Below are positions 37,469 through 46,124 of a stretch of DNA of 64,000 nucleotides, one piece after another. Below the pieces are notes generated by a model, which was not told where the DNA came from, searched no databases, and saw only the letters and a list, made by a program, of their open reading frames with translations. This DNA is from a virus (Duplodnaviria; Caudoviricetes), in IMG/VR virus record IMGVR_UViG_3300031867_000034, positions 1-64,000 of that record; one strand, given 5' to 3'. Both the position numbers and the translations under genes were made by a program. Every line of letters begins with the position of its first letter. The first letter of the stretch is position 1.

Positions 37469-37647
37469 GGTGTTGGCCTCCTTAATAATTTAAAAAATCT
37501 CTCATTTGATTTGTTGTATATCCGGTAAGATCAGCAGTCTCTTCCTCAATCCGCCCGTTTTTCGTCCTATAGTAACTAATTGCAAAAATATGTCCGTTTT
37601 CTATAAACCAGGTCCCACAATGCAGATCAATCAATTTTGCTATTTGC

Positions 37648-37863
37648 TTATTTGTTAACTGTCTCATTGTTTGCCTCCAAAATTGCTAAATGCTTTTTAG
37701 CGGTCTTCAGTGTCATTGTCTTAGCATATGAATAATCATAGCTCCATTTATAACCATTTTTTGATGTGCTCATCAGGTATAAGCCCCATTTACCAGGAAC
37801 GTCTGCGCCGGTTTGATGTATGACATATCCGTGACAGGTCTTTTCTAGTTCGTATTTTCTCAT
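37648..37863 (-). CDS. Early hypothetical protein
   Basis: RBS AGGAAGG; member of the leftward operon. Confidence 0.65.
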   Translation of the reverse strand: MRKYELEKTCHGYVIHQTGADVPGKWGLYLMSTSKNGYKWSYDYSYAKTMTLKTAKKHLAILEANNETVNK

Positions 37864-37909
37864 TTGTTGCCCTTCCTGCCGGTTTTAGGGTTGCCGGCGC
37901 CCTTTTCAA

Positions 37910-38410
37910 TTAGTCCATCCTTACACAATACGGTATGCCGTAAATATCTCTTAAATCAGTGTTGAATGATCTGCAGTAGGCTTCTAGTTTTTCCTTTGTC
38001 TGTCTTATGTACTCCTTAACATATTGCATGTTGTCGATTTCGCTCTCTATCTCGAAAGCATTTCGGAGAAGCTCTTCCCGGTGGATCTTCAGCGATTCAA
38101 TAATTTCATTTGCTGGAATCCTTTTTCCGTCCTTCAGTGCTTCAGTCTTGATGTATGCTAAATTGATTCTGTGGCTGTAGCCGTGGCGCTGGTATGTATA
38201 AATCTCTAAACAATAATCATTTTTGCTGCAAAAAACATTGTTTTCAGTTGCTTCCTTCAGGGCCTTTTCAAGTCTGCAATTATAAACTTTTCCGTCAAAG
38301 CTCTTAATGATCTGAGTTATTGTTGGAATATACTTTGTCGCTTCTCTGTAAGCTGTGGCGCGTTCCTGGGCTTCCTTGTTGGCTGCTTCTATATCTCCGT
38401 AAAATCTCAT
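37910..38410 (-). CDS. Early hypothetical protein
   Basis: 166 aa; RBS GGAG. Confidence 0.7.
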   Translation of the reverse strand: MRFYGDIEAANKEAQERATAYREATKYIPTITQIIKSFDGKVYNCRLEKALKEATENNVFCSKNDYCLEIYTYQRHGYSHRINLAYIKTEALKDGKRIPANEIIESLKIHREELLRNAFEIESEIDNMQYVKEYIRQTKEKLEAYCRSFNTDLRDIYGIPYCVRMD

Positions 38411-38469
38411 TTTGTCTCCATTCCTCCGGGAGTCTTTAGCTGCTCCCGGTCAGCTCGTTTTATGTCCTA

Positions 38470-39084
38470 TTAGTAAGCTACTACAGCATATTTGTTATTG
38501 ATTCTTTCAAGGATTTTGACGCCTTCAAAACCTAATGATTTATAATAATCGGCCTTATTCATGGCGCTTGTATAATCGTCTGCGAAGGGGTGCGCGTCCG
38601 GGCAATTGTCACACAGGAGAGCTTCTTCCTTTGTATAGCCGTCTGCGTTGCTTTTATAAAGCTCCATTGATGAAATATTGAAATATTTTGAGGTTGATTC
38701 AGGTTGTTCCATGATTCCGTGAAGTGTTAGCCCTGTTATCGGATCTTTATCTATAAAATAATAATCAACTTTTACTGGGGTGCCATTCTTGTAAATGTCG
38801 GCATAAATAGCATCATAGTGATAATGCCAGTCAATATTATTTTCTTTAAAAAGCTTTATCATGGCGCTCGCTGCGGTGTATGTGAATGTAAAAGTTAAGA
38901 AGTTCACCGGCTTTTCAACCTTTTCAATGATTCCAGCATCTAACCATGCGCGTGCTGTGACTTCTGATTTTTCAAGCGGCTGATATGCAAAACTTGCAGC
39001 AGTTCCGGCTTTTCTGTATTCCTGAAGATTGTTGTCTCTTGCGATCTGTTCAGCTTTTGCGGTATATACATAATTTGTTTTCAT
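38470..39084 (-). CDS. Early hypothetical protein
   Basis: 204 aa; RBS AAGGAG. Confidence 0.7.
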   Translation of the reverse strand: MKTNYVYTAKAEQIARDNNLQEYRKAGTAASFAYQPLEKSEVTARAWLDAGIIEKVEKPVNFLTFTFTYTAASAMIKLFKENNIDWHYHYDAIYADIYKNGTPVKVDYYFIDKDPITGLTLHGIMEQPESTSKYFNISSMELYKSNADGYTKEEALLCDNCPDAHPFADDYTSAMNKADYYKSLGFEGVKILERINNKYAVVAY

Positions 39085-39436
39085 TTGTTTTTTCTCCTTT
39101 TCTTTTAAGTGGTCCGGGGCTTTTAAGTTGCCCCGGTTGATTGTTATTTATGCCAGTTATTAAATTTTTCGATTGCTTCGGCTCTTGTCTCTGCTATTAT
39201 TTTGTCTTGGTAAAGGTCTTCGACTAAGATCCTACAAGATACCTGAGCAGGAAAATAATCGCTTGCGGGCCATTCATAATCTAAAATCAAACTTGCAAAG
39301 GCTCTTGACGCTATACATTCATTTTTTGGATTTAACATTTGTTTGTCCTCCTTGTTTTGTCCTATTAGGGTTATTTGGTAAAACCTTCCGCCGGTATCGG
39401 TCCGGTTGTGATTCTCTCCGGAAGGTGTGAAGGCTT

Positions 39437-39919
39437 TTAACCTTCAAGGGCTTTTTGCTGGTTCTCATATTGTTTGGATTCCCACATGTTGCGAAGGTCT
39501 TCCATGTTATAAACTTTTCCATTTCTCTTGTGGTATTCACCTTCGTGGAAGTACCAGGCCGCTTTTTTTGCTGAAAATCTAAAGTGTAATTCTTTTAGCT
39601 GATCCTTATATTCTTTTGTGTTACCTGTTACCCAGATCCAGAAACCAATCAGCTCAACTATGCAGCCGTTCATTTTTGTAAGTGTTCTAATCAGGTCGGC
39701 GAACTGTTCCGGTGTCTCGTCTGTTTCTTTTTCGTAAGTCTTGCCTTCATGATTCTTATGTACGTTCTTAAGTCTCTTAAATGCTTCCTGGTATTCTGAA
39801 AACATCTGTTTAAACTCTTCAGCGTTTCCGCCGTTGTCTGGGTGAAGATCCTTAGCTAACTTATGGAATGTTGCTTTAACCTCTTCAAGTGTTGTGCACT
39901 GTGCGAAATATCTTGTCAT
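39437..39919 (-). CDS. J-domain protein
   Basis: F.KLAKDLHPDNGG HPD motif; C-terminal WIWVTG..K..L.F.FSAKK.AWY domain. Confidence 0.8.
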   Translation of the reverse strand: MTRYFAQCTTLEEVKATFHKLAKDLHPDNGGNAEEFKQMFSEYQEAFKRLKNVHKNHEGKTYEKETDETPEQFADLIRTLTKMNGCIVELIGFWIWVTGNTKEYKDQLKELHFRFSAKKAAWYFHEGEYHKRNGKVYNMEDLRNMWESKQYENQQKALEG

Positions 39920-39983
39920 ATCTTTGTCCTCCTATATGATTTATTTGGTTGGGTTGTTTGTTGTTTGGTTATCTTGTAAGTTA

Positions 39984-40082
39984 ATAATAAAACGTAATGC
40001 ACATTACGTCAATAAGCATATTTAACAAAATGCACATTACGGTTTTGTATATTTTGCATAATGTGCATTATGATTATATGGT
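39984..40082. promoter_or_regulatory. Divergent promoters with three palindromic operators
   Basis: Leftward TTGACG-17-TATTAT (40012-39984); rightward TTGCAT-17-TATGGT (40054-40082); operators (G/A)TAATG-N2-CATTA at 39992, 40027 and 40057. Confidence 0.8.
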
Positions 40083-40142
40083 GTTATATTATCTTTAGGC
40101 GGTAGCTTTTCCCCTGTTTTTATATAGAGGAGGCTATAATAA

Positions 40143-40229
40143 ATGCTTTTATTTACTTATCAAGATATAATTCAGACTTGCTTATTATTAGTTGCTATCA
40201 TTGGAATAATATTGAAGGTTAAGAAATAA
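40143..40229 (+). CDS. Type I toxin, holin-like single-TM peptide (not in ORF track)
   Basis: MLLFTYQDIIQTCLLLVAIIGIILKVKK; RBS GAGGAGG; convergent antisense RNA unit. Confidence 0.7.
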   Translation: MLLFTYQDIIQTCLLLVAIIGIILKVKK

Positions 40230-40236
40230 AGACATT

Positions 40237-40325
40237 AAAAAACCGCCCCAAAGTTTGGCGACTCAGGCGGTTTTTTAATAAACTGTAACTGTTAACCAAT
40301 AGGGGCGAAGCTATCGCCTCTTTGT
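40237..40325 (-). ncRNA. Candidate type I antitoxin RNA
   Basis: Minus-strand TTGAAA-17-TATATT promoter (40360-40332); bidirectional terminator AAAAAACCGCC...GGCGGTTTTTT (40237-40276). Confidence 0.6.
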
Positions 40326-40374
40326 AATAAAAATATATCATAATGTTAACAATTTTTCAATAAGGGGGTATTAT

Positions 40375-40608
40375 ATGCCAATAGATATAGAAAAAAGAAA
40401 TAAGCGCCAATATGCTTGGGCCGTAGAAAATAAAGAGCGGCTTAATGTAATGCTAGACAAGGGAACCAGTGGAAGAATTGATAGTGTACTTACTGCCGGA
40501 GAAACAAGATCAAGCTTTATAAGGGAAGCAATAGAAAAAGAATTGTATTCTAGAGGATCAGAAAAGAAAATAGTAGTAGAAGATCCAGAGCTAAAAAATC
40601 AAAAATAA
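40375..40608 (+). CDS. Arc/ribbon-helix-helix DNA-binding protein
   Basis: ERLNVMLDKG...SFIREAIEKEL pattern. Confidence 0.7.
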   Translation: MPIDIEKRNKRQYAWAVENKERLNVMLDKGTSGRIDSVLTAGETRSSFIREAIEKELYSRGSEKKIVVEDPELKNQK

Positions 40609-40735
40609 AAAACTTGTGGCATGAAGGGACAGAAAATGTATTATATTGATATTGTGAGAAAGTTAAAAAATCCCCCTACATTTTTTTAACTTTAGTTGAT
40701 ACCCTCAAAGGCTACACTTTAGAAAGCGGAACGGA

Positions 40736-40770
40736 AAGCAGCTAATAATATTTTATTAGTTGCTTTTTTG
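40736..40770 (+). terminator. Intrinsic terminator
   Basis: AAAGCAGCTAATAA-TATT-TTATTAGTTGCTTTTTT. Confidence 0.75.
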
Positions 40771-40883
40771 TTTGCACTGGTTCAGGTGCTTCCGTTGTTC
40801 AGGATCATCCGACCAGGAAAAGAGAAAAGAAGCAAAAGAGAAAAAAATTAATAATTGTATAAAAGAACTAAGGATATAAAACT

Positions 40884-41495
40884 ATGGAAGTAAACAACAA
40901 TATTAAAATTGATCCTGAAAAACTAAATAATAAAATTGCTGCTGATCTTCCAGAAGTAAAAAGAACACCAGATGGAAAAATAGATATAAAAGCCATTGCA
41001 ATTGGTACAGATGAAAAAGGCCGTTACATTATACCGGATAATATATTTGATGCTTATTTAAAAGAATTGCCTCCGGGAACTGGTAACGCTTCAAAAACTT
41101 TTAGAGCTTACAACGGCGGCAAATTAGCACAGCTTGAAAATGATCCAGAAGAGGCTTCAAAGCGTGGAAAAGTTGGAGCACCAGCGAGTAACAAGACGCA
41201 AGCGACACGACGAAGTATTAAGGAAATACTTGAAGAATTAAGCAAAATGACAGTTACAGCGGAAGAAGCGGAAGAATACGGATTAAAAGAAGGTACAACG
41301 CTATTAGAGGCGGCGAACCTGGCACAGATCCGGCGAGCCATGAAGGGCGATACAAAAGCCGCCGAATATATTAGAGATACACTTGGAGAAAAACCCACAG
41401 ATAAAATTGATGCTTCAGTAACAGCCCTAACACCTGAAGACAAGGAAATGTTAGAGCGAGTATCTAAAAGACTTCAGGAAGATCCGAAAGCATAA
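40884..41495 (+). CDS. terS: Terminase small subunit-like protein (phage B)
   Basis: AQIRRAMKGDTKAAEYIRDT is homologous to phage A TerS AQFRKAMKGDTKAFEVLRDT. Confidence 0.65.
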   Translation: MEVNNNIKIDPEKLNNKIAADLPEVKRTPDGKIDIKAIAIGTDEKGRYIIPDNIFDAYLKELPPGTGNASKTFRAYNGGKLAQLENDPEEASKRGKVGAPASNKTQATRRSIKEILEELSKMTVTAEEAEEYGLKEGTTLLEAANLAQIRRAMKGDTKAAEYIRDTLGEKPTDKIDASVTALTPEDKEMLERVSKRLQEDPKA

Positions 41496-41679
41496 CCCTA
41501 ATAGGACATACCACAATATATTGTGTTTTGTTCAGGATCATATATAAAAGTGTTCGATTGAAATAGAGTATAAAATACTTGAAAGCTAGATGAATACTAG
41601 CGTTGAATGTATTTAAAAGTGTTCGATACTTATTCGCATAATTTAACATTTTGCGAAATAGTTTAAGACGATCAGTCGA

Positions 41680-41703
41680 AAGGTCAGAAGGTCAGAAGGT
41701 CAG
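41680..41703 (+). repeat. AAGGTCAG x3 tandem repeat
   Basis: Read directly from the sequence. Confidence 0.9.
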
Positions 41704-41923
41704 AAGCCCAACGGCCCACAATATAAAACACGGATCATATATAGATGTATCTCTTTTTTATAGCGGTATATATAGCGGCGCTGCTGCAGATCTGCGGCGG
41801 TGGTGGGGCTACCCCTCCCCCATGCGCCCCAGTTGGCGAAATTTTTTTCGGGACTCCAAATGTCCACTACAAAATTTTTACCAAAAATGAAACTGTTAAC
41901 ACTTAATAATAGAGATAAACAAA

Positions 41924-42238
41924 ATGGCTTTAAATCAGCTTATTCCGCAATTGAATAGAAGTAGTGTTCAACCTTGGAATAATAGTAATGCATTGACTAT
42001 AAGAAAAGAGTTGGCGAATGTTCCGAGGATGGATGCTGAGTATGATTCATATTTAGATACATTGGTTAACTACAGTGCATTAAGCCCAGAAACATTGAGG
42101 ATGTTGACTCAAATGGGAGTAAACAGACCTGAGACTGATGCAGTGCTTGGATATGGTGAAGATGATGCAAATGATGAATTAAACAGCATGATTTCGTTGT
42201 ATAGGTATTATTTGGAGAATCTTGCCCCACAACGATAA
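41924..42238 (+). CDS. Hypothetical protein
   Basis: 104-aa ORF. Confidence 0.6.
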   Translation: MALNQLIPQLNRSSVQPWNNSNALTIRKELANVPRMDAEYDSYLDTLVNYSALSPETLRMLTQMGVNRPETDAVLGYGEDDANDELNSMISLYRYYLENLAPQR

Positions 42239-42425
42239 TCTTGGCATATTAAGTTTCCTTCAGGGCGTTTTGGTGTCAAAGCCAGGGCGCCTTTTAGCTT
42301 GTCATTTTTTGGTAAGCTCCTTTCGGATTGGGTTGGACAAGAGCGTGTCAAAGCGCTTTTGTCTATTAAAGTTTTGATGGAGCAAGGAACACTATTTCTT
42401 AAAAAATGGGTGGATGTGAACCTAG

Positions 42426-42701
42426 ATGAAAACTACAGTGCTTGGAATAAGACTAAATGAATATCAGAGAGATAAGCTTAAAGGAATTGCGAAAGAGAAC
42501 GGCGTTATTGAGGCTGAGCTTGTTCGTATTTTGTTAGATAGGCTTATTGAAGGAAAGATACAGATAAGAAACACTGCTGTTTTTGATGGTGCAGATATCA
42601 GTGGACTTGTAAAGCTGGCAGACAAAAAAGGAATCAGTGTTCAATTATTGATAGATGCAATTGTGGAGCAGTTGAATGAGTCTAGCGGAAATAAGAGATA
42701 A
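42426..42701 (+). CDS. Ribbon-helix-helix (CopG-like) protein
   Basis: VLGIRLNEYQRDKL..IAKENG...AELVR pattern. Confidence 0.65.
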   Translation: MKTTVLGIRLNEYQRDKLKGIAKENGVIEAELVRILLDRLIEGKIQIRNTAVFDGADISGLVKLADKKGISVQLLIDAIVEQLNESSGNKR

Positions 42702-44178
42702 AGAAATAGAGTATTGTTCGCAGCATATTGTTTATTTTGTTGAGGAATATGGGCATATTGAGGATAGAAACAGCCCTGAGATAGTTGTTAAGTTCAATCT
42801 TTGGGATGAACAGAGACAGGCCCTTAAGGATATGCTGGCACATAAATGGACAATAATACTCAAAGCTAGACAGCTTGGTATTTCTTGGCTTGTATTGCAT
42901 TATGCTTGTTGGCTGATGCTTACCCATACAGGAAGATCCATTATTGGACTTTCAAAATCAGAGACAGAGGCTAAAGAGCTTGTTCGTAGAATGGTGCTTA
43001 TTCTTAGGAATATGAGGGCACTTGTCAGAGAAAAGACGGATAAGACAGGCTGGGATGGTGCTTGGTTTGATTGGAATGCCTTGTCGGTAACTATTCACTT
43101 TCCAGGTAAAAGCGATAGTACATTTCAGTGCTTTGCTTCTGGTGAGAATGCTGCAAGATCATTTACAGCGGACCTTATTATATTTGATGAATGGGCGTTT
43201 CAGCAATTTGATAGGTCAATTTGGACTGCTGCACTCCCGGTTGTAAATAGACCGCTTTCTGGTCAAGTAATAGGCGTTTCTACTATAGCAAGAGGCTCAT
43301 TGTTTGAAGAGTTGTATACGACTCCAGACAATGGGTTTTTTAAGATATTTATTCCTTGGTATGCAGATCCTACACGTACACAGGAATGGTACGACAATAC
43401 AATGAAGCTTTCAGGAAAAGCGGCTATGTGGGCTGAGTACCCAGCAACAGTAGAGGAAGCATTAGAAGTACCTGGTGGAAGATTTTTTGAAGAGGTTTCA
43501 GATAGTTCCATTCTGTCAGATACGAGGTTGACACAGAATATAGTCTGCTATGTGGCTATGGACTATGGACTGGATATGTTGGCAGCTTATTGGATTATTA
43601 GGGATGTATTTGGTAATTCTCAGATCATTCATGAAGAGCATGAGCCAAATTTGATTATAAGTGCTGCTGCCGACAGAATTTTAAGAGTCACACAGGAACT
43701 TATTGAAAGAGAAGAGATAACAAGGGTTGAAGATTATCTTGCACCGCCGGATTTATGGAATAGGTCACAAGAAACCGGTAAATCAAGGGCTATTTTGTTT
43801 GCTGAAGCCGGATTAAACCTTACAAAAGTAAACAATGATATGAAGGCTGGCTGTATGGCTATCAAGGAAAATACAGCGCATGGTGAAGGTCAGAAGTCAA
43901 AACTCACTATTTATAAGAATTGTGCGCCTAATCTTTTGAATAGCCTAAAGAAAATACAGCATGATGATAAAAAGCCTGACATATATGCTAAAGATCCCCA
44001 TGATTTAACGCATTCTGTTGATGGACTTAGGTATTATTGCATCTTTTGGACGCATGGTGGAAAGGTTCAGAAAGAGAATAAACGTAAAAAATGGCGTAAA
44101 GATCAGTGGGAAGACTATAAAAACGCTAATCTGAAGGATAAACAATACCTAATTAGTATATGGGGAGAACCTTACTAA
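42676..44178 (+). CDS. terL: Terminase large subunit (phage B)
   Basis: ILKARQLGISW Walker A, LIIFDEWAF Walker B, AMDYG, HSVDGLRY. Confidence 0.9.
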   Translation: MSLAEIRDKEIEYCSQHIVYFVEEYGHIEDRNSPEIVVKFNLWDEQRQALKDMLAHKWTIILKARQLGISWLVLHYACWLMLTHTGRSIIGLSKSETEAKELVRRMVLILRNMRALVREKTDKTGWDGAWFDWNALSVTIHFPGKSDSTFQCFASGENAARSFTADLIIFDEWAFQQFDRSIWTAALPVVNRPLSGQVIGVSTIARGSLFEELYTTPDNGFFKIFIPWYADPTRTQEWYDNTMKLSGKAAMWAEYPATVEEALEVPGGRFFEEVSDSSILSDTRLTQNIVCYVAMDYGLDMLAAYWIIRDVFGNSQIIHEEHEPNLIISAAADRILRVTQELIEREEITRVEDYLAPPDLWNRSQETGKSRAILFAEAGLNLTKVNNDMKAGCMAIKENTAHGEGQKSKLTIYKNCAPNLLNSLKKIQHDDKKPDIYAKDPHDLTHSVDGLRYYCIFWTHGGKVQKENKRKKWRKDQWEDYKNANLKDKQYLISIWGEPY

Positions 44179-46124
44179 TGTTCGAGAGGCTAAAAAGAAT
44201 GATAAAAAAGAACATAGAAACACCTAAAGACGTATCAATGTGGGCTAAAAGGCTTGAATTTGCTAAAAATCAGTATAATAGCGAACTTAAGAACATGAAA
44301 ACCTATGAAAAGTACTATGAAGGTACCAGGGATGTTCAGCCGGACGCTAATAGGGGTATTACACCAAGCAAAAAAGCCACAAATGTACGTAATATTGTGT
44401 ATGAGCTGATTGAATCTCAGGTTGACTCTTCAATTCCTATGCCAAAGATTAGGGCCATTCACCCTGAAGATGATGAACTTGCCAAGAAAATGGAAAAATT
44501 TCTTGAAAACAAGGTAAAAACATGTGGTCTTACACTTGTAAATGATGCTCAGGAAAGAACAGTACCTATTATTGGTGGTGATTTCATGAGAGTTGAGTGG
44601 GATCAGAGAAGAGGTTTACATTCAGAAATTGGAGATTTAAAGATAACAGAGCTTCATCCTAAGAAAATAATTCCACAGGTCGGAGTTATTGATTTTGATG
44701 AAATGGATTACTTCTTTATTCAGGAACTAATGACAAAGAAAACTGTAAAAAGAGTTTATGGTGAGGATGTTTCTGATTGTGAGAATGATTATCCTGATAT
44801 GACAGAGGACCTTGAAGGTGCTTCTACAAATGAAGATCTTGTAACTGTAAATACCGCATTCTACCGCAATGATGATGGTGGAGTCGGTATTTTTGTTTGG
44901 TGTGATTATGTAAAACTTCTTGATCTTGATGAATATGAGGCCAGATATCTTGATAGATGTGCTAAATGTGGCGCAGTTATGGTTAATGGTGTCTGTCCAG
45001 AATGTGGATCTAAGAAAGCCAAGAAATCTAAAGAGGATTATGAAGAACTGGTTGATGCTATTGAAGTCACTGTAACAGATGGTACAAAGCGTCAGATTCC
45101 GGCTGTAGATATTACTCAGGAGCCTATGATAGATGAAATGGGAAATCCTGTTCTTAATGAATTTGGACAGCCTCAGATGAAGGTGGAACATACTAAAAAG
45201 AAGATACCATATTATAGACCTAACATTTATCCGGTCGTTCTTAGAAAAAATATCACTGCTCAGAATAAATTTGTTGGTGGTAGTGACGTAGCTGTTGTAA
45301 TAGATCAGCAAGATACTATTAAAAAGCTTGGAACAAAGATAAATGAAAAGTTGCTAAAAGGTGGCTCCTATATAACTCTTCCTGAAGGAATAGAAATAGA
45401 AAAAGATGGAGAAGAGCTAAATATTATCCGCTTAAGAAATCCAGCAGATAAATCTATGATAGATACGCTTACTCTTCAGCCTAATGTGCAGAACGACCAA
45501 AACTATTTGGAAATCAATTATTCCTGGGCGAAGTCCTCACTTGGAATTACAGATGCTTTCCAGGGTAAATATGATGCTTCTGCAAGATCTGGTACTGCTA
45601 AGCAGTATTCAATCAATCAGGCTGCCGGACGTTTGGATTCTAAGAGAACACTTAAAAATGAAGCTTATGCAAAGCTTTATGAGGTTATGTTTAAGTTTTG
45701 GCTGGCCTTTTCTGATAGTCCTTCTGAGATTACAAGTGTTAATTCTGAAGGAACTGCAGAACATGAGACACTTGATAGAAAAGAGTTTTTAAGGCTTGAC
45801 AGTGCCGGTGAATTTTACTGGAATGATGAATTTATATTCGAGACTGATCCTACATCAACACTTATGCAGAATAGAGAAGCTATGTGGAATCAGACAGATA
45901 TGAAATTACAGTCCGGTGCTTTTGGTCCTGTTGGTGATCTTGAAACAGCTAGAGCATATTGGACTATCATGAAGGCTAATGGTTATCCAAGTGCATCTGT
46001 TGTTTTGAATATTATAGAAGAAAGAATACAGAAACAACAGGAACAGGCTGCACAGATGGAAGCATTATCGGCTCAGCCTATGCCGGAGGAAGGAGGCTTG
46101 CAAGGTGAAATGCCCCTTATGTAA
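44178..46124 (+). CDS. Portal protein (podovirus type) with internal CxxC-CxxC insertion
   Basis: 654 aa after TerL; NIVYELIESQV, DAFQG motifs. Confidence 0.8.
   Translation: MFERLKRMIKKNIETPKDVSMWAKRLEFAKNQYNSELKNMKTYEKYYEGTRDVQPDANRGITPSKKATNVRNIVYELIESQVDSSIPMPKIRAIHPEDDELAKKMEKFLENKVKTCGLTLVNDAQERTVPIIGGDFMRVEWDQRRGLHSEIGDLKITELHPKKIIPQVGVIDFDEMDYFFIQELMTKKTVKRVYGEDVSDCENDYPDMTEDLEGASTNEDLVTVNTAFYRNDDGGVGIFVWCDYVKLLDLDEYEARYLDRCAKCGAVMVNGVCPECGSKKAKKSKEDYEELVDAIEVTVTDGTKRQIPAVDITQEPMIDEMGNPVLNEFGQPQMKVEHTKKKIPYYRPNIYPVVLRKNITAQNKFVGGSDVAVVIDQQDTIKKLGTKINEKLLKGGSYITLPEGIEIEKDGEELNIIRLRNPADKSMIDTLTLQPNVQNDQNYLEINYSWAKSSLGITDAFQGKYDASARSGTAKQYSINQAAGRLDSKRTLKNEAYAKLYEVMFKFWLAFSDSPSEITSVNSEGTAEHETLDRKEFLRLDSAGEFYWNDEFIFETDPTSTLMQNREAMWNQTDMKLQSGAFGPVGDLETARAYWTIMKANGYPSASVVLNIIEERIQKQQEQAAQMEALSAQPMPEEGGLQGEMPLM

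Noticed and set aside
41651-41890. 79-aa ORF in the post-terS tract
   Set aside because: TTG start without RBS, runs through repeats and palindromes, atypical composition; likely spurious.
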